From Harriotta raleighana (lineage: Eukaryota), in contig JBNZDD010013718.1 in assembly GCA_050575255.1 (NCBI GenBank), forward strand, positions 3,281,098 through 3,345,097: DNA of 64,000 bases. The letters run 5' to 3'. Made by a program: the position numbers and the translations under genes. The notes beneath the pieces are model-generated. The model did no database searches, had not been told where the DNA came from, and was given only the letters and a program-made list of their open reading frames with translations. This document shows positions 60,776-64,000 of this stretch, piece by piece (within the stretch, counting starts at the first letter, position 1; each line of letters begins with the position of its first letter).

Positions 60776-62951
60776 GTGTAGGACTTGAAATGGATTAACT
60801 CAATCTGAGTTGTGCTCCAATTGATGCTGCTAGCAAAGCAAGTTTGAAATTCTCCAACACAATTTTATAAGACAACAGACTTCAGTGCACCATTTATTGT
60901 TGCTAATTATTTAAATACACATCAGTTAATGTTAATCCTTCAAAGTCTGTTTGAACTGATTACGTATAGTAACCAGGAAAAAAGCCTGAAGTCAGCCAGT
61001 GACCCTGACTGAGTGAGGCAATGATGTAATGTGAAATGCAACCCCCTTTGATACACGCAATCAACCATCTCAAGAAAACGTGTATAACTCTGTAAAGGTT
61101 TTAACAATTATCCTTTGCTGTATTGGGTGATTGTAAAAATGACCACATGAGCTTTATAATGCGTCGTGTGTGTGTGTGGGGGGGAGCTTTTGAAAGTTTG
61201 CTCTATTGGTGAACATGAGCTGAATGATCTATAGTTGCTATAACCACCCACCCTCAGGGATACCCCTATATTGGATCGAACATTTGGCATAGCAACAGTT
61301 CTAAATTTGCCAGCTCTCTAATCCAGTCACACAACACTTTCAGAGTACTGGAATAGATTAGACATTTCCAATAAAGCCCTCGGAATGTGTAGTCTTTCTG
61401 TTCAAAACATGTTCACCTGTTAATCTTGCATTACCTTCTTAATAGCAAGCAAATGTTTTTGCATGTAAGCACATTGAAGTAAGAATATTTGCAGCATGAT
61501 GACTTTTGCACAGTATCTTAAAAAGAACAGCTTTTGTGAATGGTCACAGCAGTTGCCAACAAATGCAAGACCAGGAACTTCCAAAATTTAGAAGATTTTT
61601 TTCAGATAGAATGCCTGGAGGGGGGAACTAAGCACCTTAATTTAGGCTTGAACTCTGCAGCTGGCTAAATGTGCTCTGTTAGTAATTATTTTGCACAAAT
61701 GAAGATCTATTTGACCCAGCTGTGAAACAATATTTGCTTGTTATACTTTCGTTTCAAAATAGTGAGGTTGTGTCAGCAGTTTTTCACCCAAGGCTATTTC
61801 CTTTCGGTAATTTCTTTGAGATTATGAACTTGCAAATTCTTGATTTACTGATTAAAGCATCTCAGTTCAGATCTTATTTGCAGACCATAGGTTGGCATTG
61901 CTTGGGAGCTGGGGGAGGCTGTGTAGCTTGGAATGCAGTGAATGGCTTATAAATTGTGCCCACTAATTAAAGCTCTCTGGAGTCCAACTGGAATAATCAT
62001 CTGGTTAAAATCAACCAGTAATTCCCTAATTTTGCTGCACCTTTCAGATCTCTCATTATCTAATTCATAATGACTGGAAAAGTTAAAAATTGAGTTAAAC
62101 ATCTGAACATCTGTGCACATAACTCGTTCAGGAGGGGAGTCGAGTAGGGGTGGGGCGGTGGAATCAAAAGGCCATACCTGAAAATGGGCTGCTCCATTTG
62201 TGCCATTAACTCTTTCTTTTCCTACATTAGACAAGCAATTGCATAAATTCAACCAGAACAATCTACTCTTATACCACTACTATTCACATGAATACCTGGA
62301 TGCTCTTCAAACAATGAAAAAGAATTAAGCAAAAGTGACAGTTAATTTGTGCTGGTTATGTTTTTGCTTTAATTGGATTTACTTATTAACGGAAGATAAT
62401 ATATCTCATACGTAACATGTTTATTGATGACTTCAGGTCACCTGAAATTTAATATTTCTGCCGGATTATAGAGGGTTGTAAATTTCTATTAGAGTAATAA
62501 ATGTGAGCAAGGCAAGTAAAATTCTCACTATGTTGATGCTATTTAAACCATTGTTTTGCATTTCACCTTGAATTAAATCTCCTATAAATTGAAAATACCC
62601 AGAAGTCTTTTTTTAAAAAGTAGAAAATTGTGCTGCAAATTTACTTAAACTTTGTTTTTGCAAAGTTGCTCTTAGCAAACACTTAAGACAAACTGCAGTT
62701 TCTCTTGTGTTTTAGAGATTATCTAATGTTAGTGACCAAATGCAAGTCAAGGACAATCAGATTCTTTGTCTATGCTGTGTTATAACTTGGAACAGTCAGA
62801 ATTCTAAACCAAATACAGTAGTAGAAAAAATTCAGAAATGTAGGTTTAGGATATGCATCTAATCTGAAGCATTGAATTACACATACCTGTACATCCAAAA
62901 TTAAAAAGCAATTTACATTGAAAGTACTTATCCACTTGGTTTAATCGGTTG

Positions 62952-63365
62952 ATGTCAGCCTGATCCAGTTGGTAGCACTCTTGTCTGTGTATCGGAAGGA
63001 TCTGTGTTCAATCCCTACATCAGGACCTTGAGCCCACTAGGCTAACAATTCAGTGCAATGTTGGTGGAGTGCTGCATTATTGGAGGCCATCAAATGAGAG
63101 GTTAAAACAAGAATCCATCTGCTTGTTCAAATGGATGGAAAAGATCCAATGGTACTATTCAAAAAGATATGGGAGTTTCTTCCAGTGTCCTGGCCAACAA
63201 TTCTCTGAATAAAACACAGTTATTAACTTAATGTGGGATATTGCTCTGCTTAAATTGGTCTTGGAGTATACCTACAAATTTAAATCACTGTACTTTACAG
63301 AAAACTAAGTGTTTTGAGATATTAAACATACAGTACTATATTAAATTATTATATCATTGTTGTTA
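62952..63365 (+). mobile_element. Deu-domain SINE, near full length
   Basis: gtcagcctgatccagttggtagcactcttg head, gtgttcaatccc B box, core ggagtgctgcattattggagg...ggatggaaaagatccaatggtactattc...gtgtcctggccaac, and a decayed tail. Confidence 0.85.
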
Positions 63366-64000
63366 TTAATTGTCAAGTTTACATGCTTTCTGTTTAACTC
63401 AAAAGGGAAAGATTTACAACTGAATGAACAACTAGGTGCTACTTTGCAAGAGTTGAGTAATAGTATCATTTGCTATTGAAAACCATTCGGTGGATGCTCA
63501 TTGTCAATGTGACAGCTGTTTTTGAGTGATTGAAATTACATCTGAACAAAATCTCTGAGTTGGGTGAAACTTGTTTACAAGCTGAGTTTAATAAAATCAC
63601 GAAAGGCCCCAACATCCTTAATTTTTGTGGAGCTCACGGTAAACAGATGACCGTGTGCCCTTTTTTTTCCCATCCCCATTTGTCCTGAGGCTAAATCTTA
63701 TTCTAGCTAGGTTCTCTGCTAGTAATCAGTTCTCAGCTAGTCCATTGGATTGACTGATGTGTTGGAAGCGAGAAACATTGCAAAGTGGAGAGAGGAGGGA
63801 AAAGCTGCCGTCTCCCATTTAAATCACACCTCCTTCTAACTGCCCAAAATGGCGCTGCTTCAGAAAAGCCCAAGTTTTTTTTCCCCTTCTCTGACTGGAG
63901 GGGCCCACGTGGAAATGAATACCATGTGTAGGGGAAAAGTGGGGAATTGTTTTTTTTTCCTGGGGCTTTTGAGAATACATAATAAATGTGAAGAATGGAG

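Noticed and set aside
1-64000. A novel multi-gene or prokaryote-type system
   Set aside because: No long ORFs, operon structure, arrays or RNA genes; the window is eukaryotic non-coding DNA dominated by decayed retroposons.

Overview
AT-rich, CpG-depleted eukaryotic non-coding DNA. The repeat content points to a vertebrate, most likely a cartilaginous fish and plausibly a chimaera such as Callorhinchus; this is inference from remembered repeat families. Those families are tRNA-headed SINEs with L2-type tails, Deu-domain SINEs, CR1 and L2 3' ends, and an LF-SINE-like copy. I can support no protein-coding gene, rRNA, intact tRNA or CRISPR array. The listed ORFs are short and read as chance ORFs or repeat read-through. 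The window looks like a large intron or gene desert: about 40 decayed retroposon or MITE fragments interspersed with repeat-free blocks rich in transcription-factor motifs (candidate enhancers or conserved non-coding elements). I found no convincing new multi-gene system. The best-supported oddities are: (1) an identical 65-bp segment copied from 273 bp downstream into a SINE tail; (2) a ~103-bp duplication straddling a single N, probably an assembly artefact; (3) two SINE families sharing one 3' module; (4) a cluster of DR1 nuclear-receptor sites; (5) a CArG/E-box/GATA block; (6) several hairpin or MITE structures. Repeat boundaries are approximate and family names come from memory, not a database search.
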